64,000 nucleotides of DNA from Octopus vulgaris. Its lineage: Eukaryota. Below the pieces are notes generated by a model, which did not search any database, was not told the origin of the DNA, and saw nothing but the letters and a program-made list of their open reading frames with translations. Of this stretch, positions 40,520 through 54,008 are shown piece by piece (position 1 is the stretch's first letter; the number at the start of each line of letters is the position of its first letter). A program made the position numbers and the translations under genes. Location of the stretch: positions 73,470,001 to 73,534,000 of the forward strand of contig OX597818.1 in assembly GCA_951406725.2 (NCBI GenBank), in the 5' to 3' direction.

Positions 40520-41720
40520 TATTAAATGTTGACATTTGTGAACGGTGTTTGATGCTGCTTCTCTCGTCCCCACTTCCTGCTGCGAAATTAGCCAATCTGG
40601 GACCCTTAACATCCAGTTTAATCTTGAAGATATCTATATTTAGAGCATATAGGCAATTCATTGTCGGGCGCGGGAATATTGAAGAGCCATCGTCCTTTGA
40701 ATCTCAAGTTTTTGCTGTATCTTCTCTAATTTGTTGCCAGGGTACTGATTTTAGGAACGATGCAGTAGCACCCTGCTCTAGCATTTGTATAACTTTCAAC
40801 GCTAAAGTCCTTCCAGCCGTTCATTGCAGCATGTCTTTGCTACCTTAGTTCCAGGGAGTAAATTATTAGCCTCTAGAATCTCCCCTAGTAGCCAACTTGC
40901 AGCATTGAGTCTATCTTCGTATAGTTTACCTGGATTACATCGGGTTCTGCTATTAATTTCACAGTATAGTGACCATACATCAGAGCAATAGTGAAGACGG
41001 CTTAGAACAACATTTCTCCAGATGAACATAATGGTTTCCTATTCTCTTGTTCTGAATGGTCTCAAAATCTATCTGGTCAGCTACCTGCATTCCATTGCCT
41101 GTTTAATAACATGCGCATTGAAGGATACTTCATTACACATGTCAATGTCGAGATTACACAATGATTGCAATTATATAACTGTGATCCATCCAGGTCCGAT
41201 GCATTGTGTCTGCTATGATTTGAATTTTGATTGATATAGAGCTTGGAATTTACCAGTGTTAAAGTGTCATGAGCCCAATGTCGTGAGCCCAATCCAATAT
41301 TGTTACTAACTCGTGTTGCAGGTGCATGCCAACTTCGGGGTTTTGTATTAACTGTGAGATTTTTCTAACATCTACATATTATGAGAAGGTATCTCTCTGG
41401 GAGTGAAAGCATTTCTGAGAGGGCCACTATGAACAGCCACAAGACAATGCCCAGTGGAACACCAATCACTACTTCAGTTCAGTTGTGCCTGACTTTAATC
41501 GTTTAAAATGTCGTGTAGCCACTCTCCAACTTTTATATATATACCAGTGTCACGCAGCTTGTGACATATCATCTGGTGATCAATTTACCGAAGGTTTTCG
41601 CAAAGTCGAACAATTGTGTGGTTTAGTAGTTTTTCCAATACCCTGTTATTTTGTTGTAAAAGCTGTGTTAGAAAGCCTCTTCCTGGTCGGAAACATGGTG
41701 TGTATCAGTGACCAAAATAT
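40520..41720 (-). mobile_element. CR1/L2-like LINE reverse transcriptase remnant
   Basis: Minus-strand fragments DFAKTF (DF.KAFD), GVPLGIVL (GVPQG.VLGP) and VVLSRLHYCSDVWS. Heavily disrupted. Confidence 0.7.
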
Positions 41721-42629
41721 TTTCTTCAACGAAAGTGATTTACAACGGAATATCCGTTCAATAACTATGCTGATATAAGAGTTTATATATAAATTATTAG
41801 CGACCAAAGCACAATTCTTAACAAAAGGCAATCTTTATATGCAACTTGTAATTGCTAGAACACTGGATACTGCACTGGTTACTGCACTGGATACTGCACT
41901 ATTTGTTAGCCTATTGAGAAGGCTATTAACGCAGTACTCGGTGCTCCAACAATCGACTTTAAGCTGGATATATGTGTGTATGTGTGTGTATTTATATATA
42001 TGTATGTATATATGTGTGTGTGTATGTGTGTGCACACTCACGCGCGCGCACACACACATACATACACACCACGCATACGCCTGACTATTTCGCTAGGGTC
42101 GATCAACAAAAAAAACGTACTCTATCCAGGCAGAGATAGATATCATTTAATGTACACTGTATAAAGATACAGGCTACGAATAGTTTTTTTTTTTCTACTG
42201 GAACACTCGTGTAGGCAATTCTTTATAACACGCCATCTAACACCAAAAGTATCTATTTGCATCTCGTATTATGTCGAGCTATTCTGTATACATTAAGTGA
42301 TATATGAGGATTAAAAGTGAATGATCAGTGACAAACGCATGGAAGTACACTGAAATTCTGCAGGCAATGTAAACAGACATGGATGCATACACGTACATGT
42401 GTACGCACGGGCACGCACACACATACATTCATGCATATAGACAGAAAAGGCACGCATACAAGTATACATGCATACACAGAAAACAAGAACACACCCATTC
42501 ATGAGGAGATATGTCAGCTGTTTATAGAGGGGTTTTACTCATTTGATTTGTAAACTCAATGATTTACATTTGTGGCTTTATTTCTTACAGCTACAAAGGC
42601 CAAGATCCTTTACAGTGCGTTTGATACGG

Positions 42630-43250
42630 TGAGACTAAGTGAAATATGTGTCCTCAAATAAGAGAATTGGTTTATGAGTTCAATAAAGGCAACAACGCAA
42701 CGGAATGTGCGAGGAATATTAACGTAGTATATGGGGATCGGACAATAAGCGTACGCCAGTTTCAACGATAGTTCCAGAAATTCTGAGCCGGAAACTACAG
42801 CCTAGAAGACGGGCTTCGTCCTGGAAGATCTGTAGATTTCGACAAGGAGATCCTGCAAACCCTGGTGGAAGAATATCCCATCGAAAAACACAGCGAATTG
42901 GGTCAATGGGTTCCTCACAAATTTTCCGAGTCTAATTGTCACGTCCCACGAATGAACCTTTTTTGGACCGAATACTGACTGGTAATGGAAAATAGTAACG
43001 ATAAATGGGTTCTGTGAAGCACCGAAGACAGTGAGTTGAGAAAGGAGAAACACCGGCAACCCAAGTTAAAGAAGGTCTTCATTCACATAAGTTGGTAGGA
43101 TATTAAATGTTTAGTTCACTTAGAACTTTTAAACCCAAACCAACCGACAACAAAAGAGATCTACTGCGAGCGGCATGTGGGGATTAAGTCAGCGCTAGAA
43201 GAAAAACGACCATCTTAGGTTTCAAGACGAAAGGTGCTCCTCCATCAGGA
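42630..43250 (+). mobile_element. mariner transposase 5' remnant (HTH region), internally deleted
   Basis: YEFNKGNNATECARNINVVYGDRTISVRQFQR.FQKF.AGNYSLED..RPGRSVDFDKEILQTLVEE. Confidence 0.85.
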
Positions 43251-43614
43251 TATGTAGATGTAGGTACGTACATATGTATGTATGTATGCATATATTATAT
43301 ATTATTGTATGACTGAGCGCCCTCGCGTCGTTTCGTTTCGTTTCTTTCCTTTCTCCCTCCAACACACAAGTGCAAAAAAGGGAGTCAGAGAAAGGCAGAA
43401 TGCCACTTATATCTGAACACTACTATAGAAATATTCCTTTAAAAAAACTTTTCTTCTAATTTTTCTAAATTTAATTATTTAATCGTTACATTTGAAAAGG
43501 TCTCAAAATGACCGAAACCGGTATCTGAAATGTTCACTATAAAATTATTTTAGCATTTTCTATTTTTGACTTGTTTTTTCATATATATATATATATATAT
43601 ATATATCAGGAAAG

Positions 43615-43920
43615 AACACTCCGTTGACTTCGGCGACGAGGGTCTCACCTGATTCGATCAGCGAAAGAGCCTGCCCGTGAAATTAACGTGCAAGTACTCC
43701 ACGGACACGAGTACCCTTAAACCAATTCTCAGGGCGATTCAGCGTGTCACAGATTGTGAGAGGGATAGCCCTTTGAAATACAGGTACAATTCATTTTTTG
43801 CCAGTTGAGTGGACTGGAGCAATGTGAAATAAAGTGTATTGCTCAAGCACACAATCCCGGAAATGAACCCACGATCACAAGATACTGAGCCGAATATCCC
43901 AACCACTAAGCCACGTGCCT
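43615..43920 (-). mobile_element. tRNA-derived SINE (head aggcacgtggcttagtggtt), tail shared with family C
   Basis: A/B-box-like head on the minus strand. The tail is the reverse complement of 25460-25614. Confidence 0.75.
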
Positions 43921-43953
43921 TTATTTATATGTATATGTAGGCGTGTGTGTATA

Positions 43954-44001
<48 letters not shown>

Positions 44002-44022
44002 AGTGCATATATATATGTACAT

Positions 44023-45305
44023 ACTATCTGTGGGACCCGGCGTTGCTTATGTTTTCCGTGCTGAAGTTAAGTCTACCTCTGACCTTGTAATAAAATCTTC
44101 TACATTCCCCGTGCAAACTATTACCCATTAATATGTTATATCTGATTAGGCAGGGACTTTACCTGGTTAACACTTTTGACACAGGACCGTCTGAAATCGC
44201 AGTCAAAATCACAGTCAAAATTTTGAGTGTACCTCGATTCGTTGAGAGTGATGTTTGTTTATTTCTCTCTCCTTAATTCCACTCCCCGTACAAAATTGAT
44301 GAGCGTGTCCAATGTCAGGAAAATTCGAAGAAAGGTTTTAAGGTTGTGTCATAAATTAGAATCCATGTGACCATTTACATAAAAATATCCAATTGACTTC
44401 TAAATCCCAATACATAATATGAATAATCGATATTTCATATGTCAAAGTGCTTAATTTTACTTTTGGGTAAATTTTCTTAAAAATAAGTTCATTATTTTTT
44501 TGTGAGTAAATTTTGACCATTTGAACCTTTCACCAGTTTACTTTTAATTCCACTACTTAACTCCGACCATAAAATTTACCTAAATGTCAAATTTTATCAA
44601 AACCGGATGAATTCGGTAAAAGTTACAGCATAAAATATTAATCCTATGGGTAATTGCATACAGGAAGCCTATTGAGTTCATAAAATCCCCGCTCACGCGC
44701 AATTATGGAATTTTTGTCAACTCTTAATGTTGGTATGAAGTAATGGGCATGAGCTGTAATCACGTATAAACTTTCTACAAGATTGATAAGAATGTCTCTA
44801 AGGAAATGCTTATTTGCATTTGTGTTCTTTTCAAGTCCTGTTGAATTAAATAAACACGTTTACCGTCTCCCCAACAACAAAATTTATCTACATCTCAAAT
44901 TTCATCAACATCGGATACAAAATATAAAAGTTACAGCGTATTGCTTTTTAAATCCACTGCTCAGGTGCAATTATCGATTCGTTGTCAATGCCATATACTG
45001 AGATTAACTCACTGCCATATGGCTCGCTCACTCGTCAATTTTCATCAAAATCGAACAACAAATGTAAAAGCTACAAGAAAAATAACATCGTTATTGAAAT
45101 TTCCATTCAAACATCCGATTGCACTCACAAAATTAGATGCCAACTAAGCATTATCGAGATTTCGAAAAATTTTGACCTTATTTGAACTTCAAGGCATGTG
45201 ATCTACTTATGAGCCAAAAATCATTAAAATCGGTTGGACAGTGTGGGAGGAGTTAGAGTAACCCTAAACACACACACAGACACAATTACACACTTATGTA
45301 TATAA
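44023..45305 (-). mobile_element. Non-autonomous Helitron-like element
   Basis: 3' end actatctgtgggacccggcgttgc (hairpin remnant plus CTAG-like terminus on the minus strand). Recurrent internal aaatttcatcaaaatcgg-type motifs. CA-rich subterminal 5' end. Confidence 0.6.
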
Positions 45306-45376
45306 ATGTGTGTATATTTATATATATATACATATGTCTGTCTGTATGTATGTGTGTATGTATATATCTATATGTA

Positions 45377-45436
<60 letters not shown>

Positions 45437-46133
45437 GTTAATCCAAACATAAAAACACAAAGAGAAAACACAACAACGTGAGGACGTGGAACAAGTACAG
45501 TGTTATTGGACGCCAGGAAAGGAAGGAAATAAGGAGGATTTAACGTTCCGTCAGAAACATAGGAAAACGAAAGATCCAAGGAAGGGAAGACGGGGGAAAA
45601 ATCGCCAACAGTACATACGCGGTCACATTTTGAATATATATTTATATATATATATATATACATAAGTTCACACCACGCATATATACGCACACATGTCCTC
45701 TTGCTTGTGATGCATTCATGCATAAACCCAGGTACGCTGATAAATGTATACAGATAGTGTGAGTTGCTCAATCACCCGTCAGTTTCTCAGACAGATATCC
45801 AGAATGGATCAGTTCAATAAGAAAAATGAAAATAAATAAATGAATTATGAAATCATAAATATTAACTTGGTATCAATATATAGGCAGATATGCAGCCTCT
45901 CAGATAGATTTTATTAGACATGCGTACATATACACACACACACACACATAAGTGTATATATACATGTGTGTATCTATTTATCTAGCTACACAAGCAGATA
46001 CATAGACATAGATAGCTATATAGTTAAATAGATACATATATAGATTACAATATACATATACACGTATATGTAGATACAAATAAAAATGTAAACAAATATA
46101 TCTATCTATATTTCTCTCTCTCTCTGGCTGTGT

Positions 46134-46182
<49 letters not shown>

Positions 46183-46189
46183 CACACAT

Positions 46190-46225
<36 letters not shown>

Positions 46226-46284
46226 GTATCGATGTATATACGTGTCTATAAGTAAGCTTGCATATGAATGTTTGTATGTGCGTG

Positions 46285-46316
<32 letters not shown>

Positions 46317-49300
46317 AAGACAGAGAGAAGGACAGGGAGAGGGAGAGAGAAAAAGAGAGTGTGAGAAACAGAATTTGCTAGCAATAAAATACAACGAAAT
46401 TATAAAAGAAAACACGTAATACATAATGATAAATGTAACGACGACTCTTTTCCAGAAACTTCCCATTTCACAGTATCAGTCAAGTTTCGCTTCATTGAAA
46501 GCTTTTCACAGTCTGCTAAGCTTTACGCTGTATACATTGATCACACGCATATTCTTGATTTTAGTCTTGTAACCTACATTCCACTCACATAACCTATATT
46601 CGGTGTCTTTCATGACATTCGACACAGGAAGCACCATAAACTATATATCTCGATATAAATCAATACTACTTCAAATATCGATACATATTTCAGTTGACAA
46701 TTTGCGCTTCATATAAAAAAAAACATAAGGAAAAAATTGCAATGCATAAATTAAGCATATGTTGAATTGCCATAATATTCTTGTATGTACTTGCATCATT
46801 ATTATTATCATAAATCGTTTGAGCGTTAATAGTATTTTGTTTTAATGTTATATTCTTATACAAAATTTGTCTCTTGAAATTTAGTTAACACTGTATGTAT
46901 AGGTGAAGGTTGGCTGTCTGACTAAGAAGCTCGTGTTACTTTAACGTAGTTTCCTGTTCAGTCCCACTGCATAGTATCATGGAGAGGTGTCTCCTACCTT
47001 ATCTCGGACTGACTAAAGCCTCGAGATAGAATTACTTGGGCGGAATCTGTGTATAACCCATCATATATATATGTATGTGTGTCCTTTTGCTTGCATCTGA
47101 GAATTAGCGGTTTGGAAAAAGCAACTGATAGAATATGTATCAAACTTAAAACGTAAGTACTGGCATTGATTTGTGTGACAAAACTCTTCAAGGACATGTC
47201 CCTGCAAGCTGGAAGTACTAGTACTGAAATAGGTATATGGTAAATGTATTAAACAATCGTAACACCTGATTTCTGATTTGAGACACCGCTACGGTCTAAT
47301 TGGATGGTTAAAGTAATCTGTCAGCTGTTTTAAAATCCACTATCTGGCGGCACATAGATCCTTTTTAGCGGGCTTCAATCGGCTGCATGAGTTTGAACCA
47401 GTTCTTCCAACCACATGCTTCCCACGATGTGGCTTCTTTTGTAAGTGTTTATAGACTCAGGACACCCAGAGGCTAATTAGTAGAATTGGTAGACGAAAAT
47501 GTGTATGTGTGTGTGTGTGTATGTGTGTGTTGTGTGTATGTCTATGTTATGTTACTAAGTGGTTCGGCAAAAGAGGTCTATAGAATAATTAATTAAGCAT
47601 CTATCGTTGTTATAACCTAGATAGAGAAAACACATATATGTCCCAATGCTTGGTTGTTGTGATAAATGATTCTATACATATTTTAGGAAAACGTATGAAA
47701 ATATATTTGTATATAATAGTCATGACAAATAAATATCCTGCTGCTATAATCACCACGGGAATCTCACACGAAGGCAGCTGCCATCCTGAAGTTAATTTCA
47801 GTATGTCAACAAAATTTACTAGATGTGCACCTGGACACCTCCATACTTGCGATGATAAAATTTACTTACAATAAATCCTGTTCCAATCCATTTACTGTAT
47901 CCGAACATAATGCGATCAAACTACAGCCTGCTTAAGACGTATTATCAAGATGTCAAAGTGCGGTGTATTAGATTTGGTTGCTCTCGATTACAAATCAGTC
48001 AACACGCACAGGTTTCAATATCTACTCGCTTTATAAAACGAATTATCATAAACAGTGCATGATGGAGATTCCATTGCAATGAAGATGGTCGCCTCGCCTT
48101 TAATATGATAACTAGGTAATTCTCCAATTTAGAACAATATCAGTTAAATTTAAACACAGGTACGATCAGAAATATGGGCATTGGGGATATATGGGTGTGG
48201 GCTTATGTTTGTGTGTGTATGTATATATATACATGTATTCTTGACGCAGTTCTGAAGTAGATTTGTCGTGACACATCCTCACGGAGTCGGTCGTTTCAAT
48301 TATAGTTACAGTCGATATTCACGGGCTCCTGTATAGTTGCTTTTAAATCAAATTCATTCAGAAAATTTGGGATGATCCATAGACTAGGCAAAAGTACTTT
48401 AGATCCGAACAAGGAACCTCAAACTGCAAAACAGAATTTTTAACCACTCTGCCAAACCTGCATTCAGATAAAAATAAATTAACTGCAATAATCAGCATGT
48501 TAGATAGACACTGCCCATTCCTCTACTGCTAGTCTAAGTTTAAATCCTGTGTTTACATTAATCAGTAATGTGTTTCGGAATGAATTACTTGCTCTTGTTT
48601 CCGACACGTACTATAAGTAATAATTCAGAAGTGGAATCGATGTAATCGATTGAGCCAATTTTTCGTAATAATTATGGGCCCTTGTTCCAAAATTTAAAGC
48701 AATTAATTCATGTTATTAATGCAGAAATTGATGATGAAATGTAGTTTCAGACGAACAACAAAATGGGGTGAGCTCGGCGACGAAAGAAAAAAAAAACAAT
48801 ATTTCATGCCCATTACATTTTATTTGTTTGAATCATTGGACTTTCCCCGTACTGGCATACACGTTGAACGATTGAGTAGAAGGAATCGACTCGCAGAGCA
48901 TTTTTCAATTTCGTTTTTCTTTTTTTAGATTTCTGGTCCGTATTCAAAAATTCTCTTTTGCTGAGCTGTCCGGTTGCGGAGACAAAAGCAGACCGGTTGT
49001 CAAGCTGGTGAGAGTGACTACATGCAGGCACATGCACATACGTATTTGTTTGCATATATATTTGTGAGTATATGTCTATATATGAGTTTGCCTCTGTGTG
49101 TGTGTGTGTTACATTTTTATGTCAGTTTGAGTAGGTTGAGGATAGAAGCTCCTTACAATGGTTTCGACTAATAGAATAGAAAAGTAGGAAATACTGAGCT
49201 AAGGTACTTGCAAATTATGTTATAACAGAAGAAATAATAGGTCATTTGTGGTCGAAGAAAGTCAACAGATTTCTTATTAAAATATTTAATCTGTAACGTT

Positions 49301-49777
49301 CTATAGACAAGTTGCCACATTGAGTAGATGACAATGTAACGAAATGATTGTAAAGGCGAAAAACGAAATCATGCAGACGAATAAGTTAGGAATAATTGAA
49401 TTAATAGCTTGCTAAGTCAATCAACAGTCAATAGTTGTCAAGAACACTCGTCCACACAAAGGGTAAGAGCAAAAATCAGAAAACAATAGAATTATATTTA
49501 AGATTGAGGAACATTTAAAGGGAGAGAATTCAGTACACTTATATGGCGCATCATTATAAAATGTACACGTTTCTGTTATTAGAATGCAGCCATAGATGGG
49601 TACCGACCTAAGGAATTTTACTCGAATGAGGCAAACATGACTTATTTTTGGTTTAAGCTTGGTACTTTTTCTATCGGTCATTCGCCAAGATGCTAATTTA
49701 AGGGGACGTAAACACACCAGTTGACAATCGGTGGTAGGGGACAAACACAGAACACAAACACAAACACACAAACATAC

Positions 49778-49859
<82 letters not shown>

Positions 49860-50049
49860 GAGTGTATTTTTACCTTGTTAACAATTAACACGGAAAAATA
49901 AATAAATAGTAACCAGGGCAGCAAAAATCTCACAAGTAAAGATGTTGTAACTCCTTGTTTATAAAGGTTGAAACTTCGTGTTTACGTTGAATATTTTGAA
50001 TAATATGAATAAAAAATGGAGTTAACGTAGGTTTAAACAAGTATTTTTA

Positions 50050-50133
50050 CTTTCTACACTTGTTTCGAAAATTCCACTGATACTATTCAAAAGAATAAAT
50101 GGTATAAACAATGCAATCTTCTCTTCGGGAAAG
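50050..50133 (-). ncRNA. Type I hammerhead motif downstream of the GIY-YIG ORF
   Basis: Reverse complement: ctttc-CCGAAGA-gaagatt...aattttc-GAAA-caagtg-TA-gaaag. Stem I 5 bp, stem II 7 bp, U4C change. Confidence 0.6.
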
Positions 50134-50335
50134 TGAAAAAAACGAAACTCGTCAATACGACATTTTAGCAAAAAATGATGGATTTGTATAGCGATAGACA
50201 GAACGCTATTAATATTGTTTAAAAAAACCTTCTATGATATAACGTCATAAGTAGCTAACAGAAAGAGTAGGGATATTAATAGTGAATGTTAAATATAAAG
50301 GAAATTAAAGTTTAAATTATATATAATGATAGAGA

Positions 50336-50958
50336 CTACTTATATGCACTAAAAGTATGTTTCTGCCAATGCTTACATCTGTATGCTCGTTCTATAACCG
50401 TGTTTACTAGAGTATTTTTAGAAAAAATAATGAAAAATAGCTCAGAATTGCAGAGAAGACAGAATTTCTTGCCTTTGTCATATGGTATCGAAATTGAGAG
50501 GATCAACCATTCTAAATGAAATAGTTCATTGTGGTCTTTTAAATCCCAAATCAGTTTGCTGAGACCGGTACTATTCCGTTTATTTCTATCCCTAAATGTT
50601 GAGTAATGGATAGAAATTCTTTTATATAACTCTAACGATGTGCTTCCAATGTAAAATCGTACTTTATTACGAGAACTGATTATACACTGGTATATAGAAT
50701 TTTTAATCTTAGAGTTACTTGACATAAATTTAATTCTATTGGAATTGACTTCAGATACAATAACCTTGTTATTAATATTTCTAGAGGGTTGGATGGAATT
50801 AGCTAAATTAATGTTAGTATTAGTAAATGTATTAATATTTAACAGTTTGTTATTATGAGAGGATATAATTTGCAAGAGATTTTTTGTGTTTGAAAAACCT
50901 ATCCTAACCTTATGTGAATTAATTATAGAGTAATATCTAGAATTGTTTGGACAATTCC
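50336..50958 (-). mobile_element. Penelope-like element 3' ORF: GIY-YIG endonuclease (Naiad-like pattern), 5'-truncated
   Basis: Uninterrupted ~200 aa: SIYQC...FYIGST...KRISIH...NSTGLSKLIWDLK...W.IL...Y....KFCLLC..E...CKH. Confidence 0.88.
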
Positions 50959-50959
50959 T

Positions 50960-51049
50960 TACCATATGACAAAGGCAAGAAATTCTGTCTTCTCTGCAAT
51001 TCTGAGCTATTTTTCATTATTTTTTCTAAAAATACTCTAGTAAACACGG

Positions 51050-51054
<5 letters not shown>
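50960..51054 (+). repeat. Inverted duplication of 50393-50487
   Basis: Reverse-complement match; both ORFs encode PYDKGKKFCLLCNSELFFIIFSKNTLVNTVI. Confidence 0.92.
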
Positions 51055-51115
<61 letters not shown>

Positions 51116-51544
51116 TATATATATATTATAAAATAAGGGCAAAAGAAAAAATTCTAATGCCAAATATGCCGAAAATAGACAAATTGTCAATAACCATTAT
51201 AATTTATCACAATCAACATGCGTCTCGAAACAAGTCAATAGAAATTTCTAAAAAATTCCGTTATTACTGTATTGGTCCCAATTTCAGAGTTAATTCATAA
51301 GAATTTTCTTCTCCTCACCGATAAATACGTAAGACATAAATGAAATACTTTCCCATACCCATGGAAAAAGCAAGCACTAAGATCTGAGCAGATCTAAGTA
51401 CCCCATATATATCCAAAATAGAACATCGTCAGCACATCTCGAGAAAGGTGTGATTCGAACTGGAATCTTTCACAGAGTGAGAGAGTCCGGAAGTTAGAAT
51501 AACACGAGTCTCGAGATGTGCTGACCTCATCTCATCCTCCCGTA

Positions 51545-52737
51545 CCCCCACACCGCATCCAACCTCATTGTCCGAACCCCCGCACACCCATTTACTCCCT
51601 CCCCCAAATCCACAAATCCAACAACCCTGGTCGACTCATCGTCTCCGCCTGTAACTGCCCCACCGAGCTTATCTCCAAATATCTCGACCGTGTTCTTGCC
51701 CCCCTAGTGGCTTCGCTTCTTTTTCACATTCATGGCACCAACCATGCTCTTCGTCTTATCAACTCTTTCTCTTTCTCTCCTGGCTCCTCCAAACTTCTTA
51801 TAATGGGCATCCAGAGCCTCTACACTGTGATCCCTCACCGCGAGGGGCTGCGTGCACTGAAACACATCCTAGACCTCCGACCCAATCCCCAACCCGACAC
51901 CTCCACACTCGTTCGTCTGGCTGAACTTGTCCTCTCGCTCAACTGCTTCTCGTTTGCGGGCGAGTTCTACCAACAGTTCTCGGGAATAGCAATAGGAACG
52001 AGAATGGGCCCCAACTATGCGAACCTGTTCGTTGGTTATGGTTATTCTCTAGTTTCACTGGTCCCACTCTCGCACTATATGGCCGTTATATTGACGACTG
52101 TATCGGTACCACCTCACTCTCCCGCGAACATCTAGACTCCTTCCTCTCTTTCGTCAAATCTTTCCATCCTACCCTTCAATTCTCCTGAACTATCTCTAAC
52201 ACCTCTGTCTCCTTTCTTGACATTTCGGTCAGCATTCATCACTCCACTCTTACCACCGCCATCCACTACAAACACACAAACTCACACTCATACTAACTGT
52301 CTCCTCCTCCCACCCCAAACACACCAAACTTTCCATCCCTATTACCACCCACCACCCACACAGCCACCGACACACTCATCCCCACATTTTCACACCTACA
52401 CATACATACACGCACACGTCCAGACCACCAGCCCTCTTTCACACGCACGTACATACTCTCTTATACAGACATGCACCTTCTGGTTGGGGGTCTTCTTCAC
52501 TTTGTTATCTCCCCTACTTTCCTTCTCCAGTGTGACCCTTCTGTCCGAGTCAGACGCCATGATAGATCGGTAGCCACTACACACATTTGTCTTCTCTCCT
52601 TGTTTTCTGTGTCCCTTTCTGTAGAAGAGCGTAGGCTCGAAACGTAAAAGACTTTTCCTATACCTGAGCGGTATACTGATGCATCTGTTTATTTTGTACA
52701 CCACCTGTCTTCGTCTTTTGTTGTTTTTTCGTAAACT

Positions 52738-52740
<3 letters not shown>
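51545..52740 (+). mobile_element. Penelope-like element RT remnant plus 3' pLTR-like tail
   Basis: YSLPQIHKSNNPGRLIVS, SLYTVIPH, FSFAGEFYQQFSGIAIGTRMGPNYANLFVG and, in the next frame, YGRYIDDC. HHR-like gagcgtaggctcGAAACGTA at ~52627-52646. Confidence 0.9.
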
Positions 52741-52780
<40 letters not shown>

Positions 52781-53597
52781 GGGTAAGCTTAACTTGAAGC
52801 CTTACAGCTGTGTCTGGGATAGCCCAAATGAAAGGCCATAATGTCTGCACACTTAGTATCCTGTTATCAGTGACAAGGTGTGTATGTATGAAAGTTCTAG
52901 ACAGAGGAATTCAGTGTATAAAGAAAAGAATAGTAAATTGAAGAATAAAGAGTAAAAGTAGATAGAAGAATACAGACAGGATAATAAAGCTCACGGCTCA
53001 TCTTTTTGAAGGAAGTATGGAGATTTGTCCGTACTCCTGTGACGGTATAGACCCATAGGTGTTATCCCAGGTAAATCCAGGTAGTATTTTGAATGATGTA
53101 TTCATGTTGAAATAGATCAAGTGGTTAGCTAGTGTGAAAATGGTCCACGTGGGTATATAGAGTAAGAAAAAAGACATCATGATAGTCAGGTATGGATTTT
53201 GACAATGTAGATAGAAGAGAGGAGAGAAAGGGAAGAAACGGGAGAAAAAGGAATGGGATTGGTCAGGGAAAGAGTAAATGAGAGCGAAAGAAAGTAAAAT
53301 CAAAATTCAAAATAAGAAAATAAAGAGCAAAAATAAAGATAAAGAGAAGATGCCAGTATTATTCTTCGTAAGTGTCGGTTCGGGATGAGAGGTCAGATGT
53401 TAAGGCTTTGGTAAAGTGAAGATGGAATATATTTATGTCTATTAATTAAATAGATGGATTCTTGTTCAGGTGTGGTTAGTAGGTATAGCTAAAAATAAAT
53501 GCCTAGCTTAAGCGGGTATTTATAGGATAAAACTACAATTAAATGGATAAAGATACAAATTAAAGAAATGAAAAATAAAAATTAAAAGTTGAATTCT

Positions 53598-54008
53598 CTT
53601 TACTCTTTACTCTTTTACTCTTTTACTTATTTCAGTCATTTGACTGCGGCCATGCTGGAGCACCGCCTTTAGTCGAGCAAATCGACCCCGGGACTTATTC
53701 TTTGTAAGCCCAGTACTTATTCTATCGGTCTCTTTTGCCGAACCGCTAAGTGACGGGGACGTAAACACACCAGCATCGGTTGTCAAGCGATGTTGGGGGG
53801 GGGGAACAAACACAGACACACAAACACACACATATATATATATACATATATACGACAGGCTTCTTTCAGTTTCCGTCTAACAAATCCACTCACAAGGCAT
53901 TGGTCGGCCCGGGGCTATAGCAGAAGACACTTGCCCAAGATGCCACGCAGTGGGACTGAACCCGCAACCATGTGGTTGGTTAGCAAGCTACTTACCACAC
54001 AGCCACTC
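53598..54008 (-). mobile_element. SINE family A, young copy
   Basis: Close reverse complement of 37768-38182. Confidence 0.92.
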
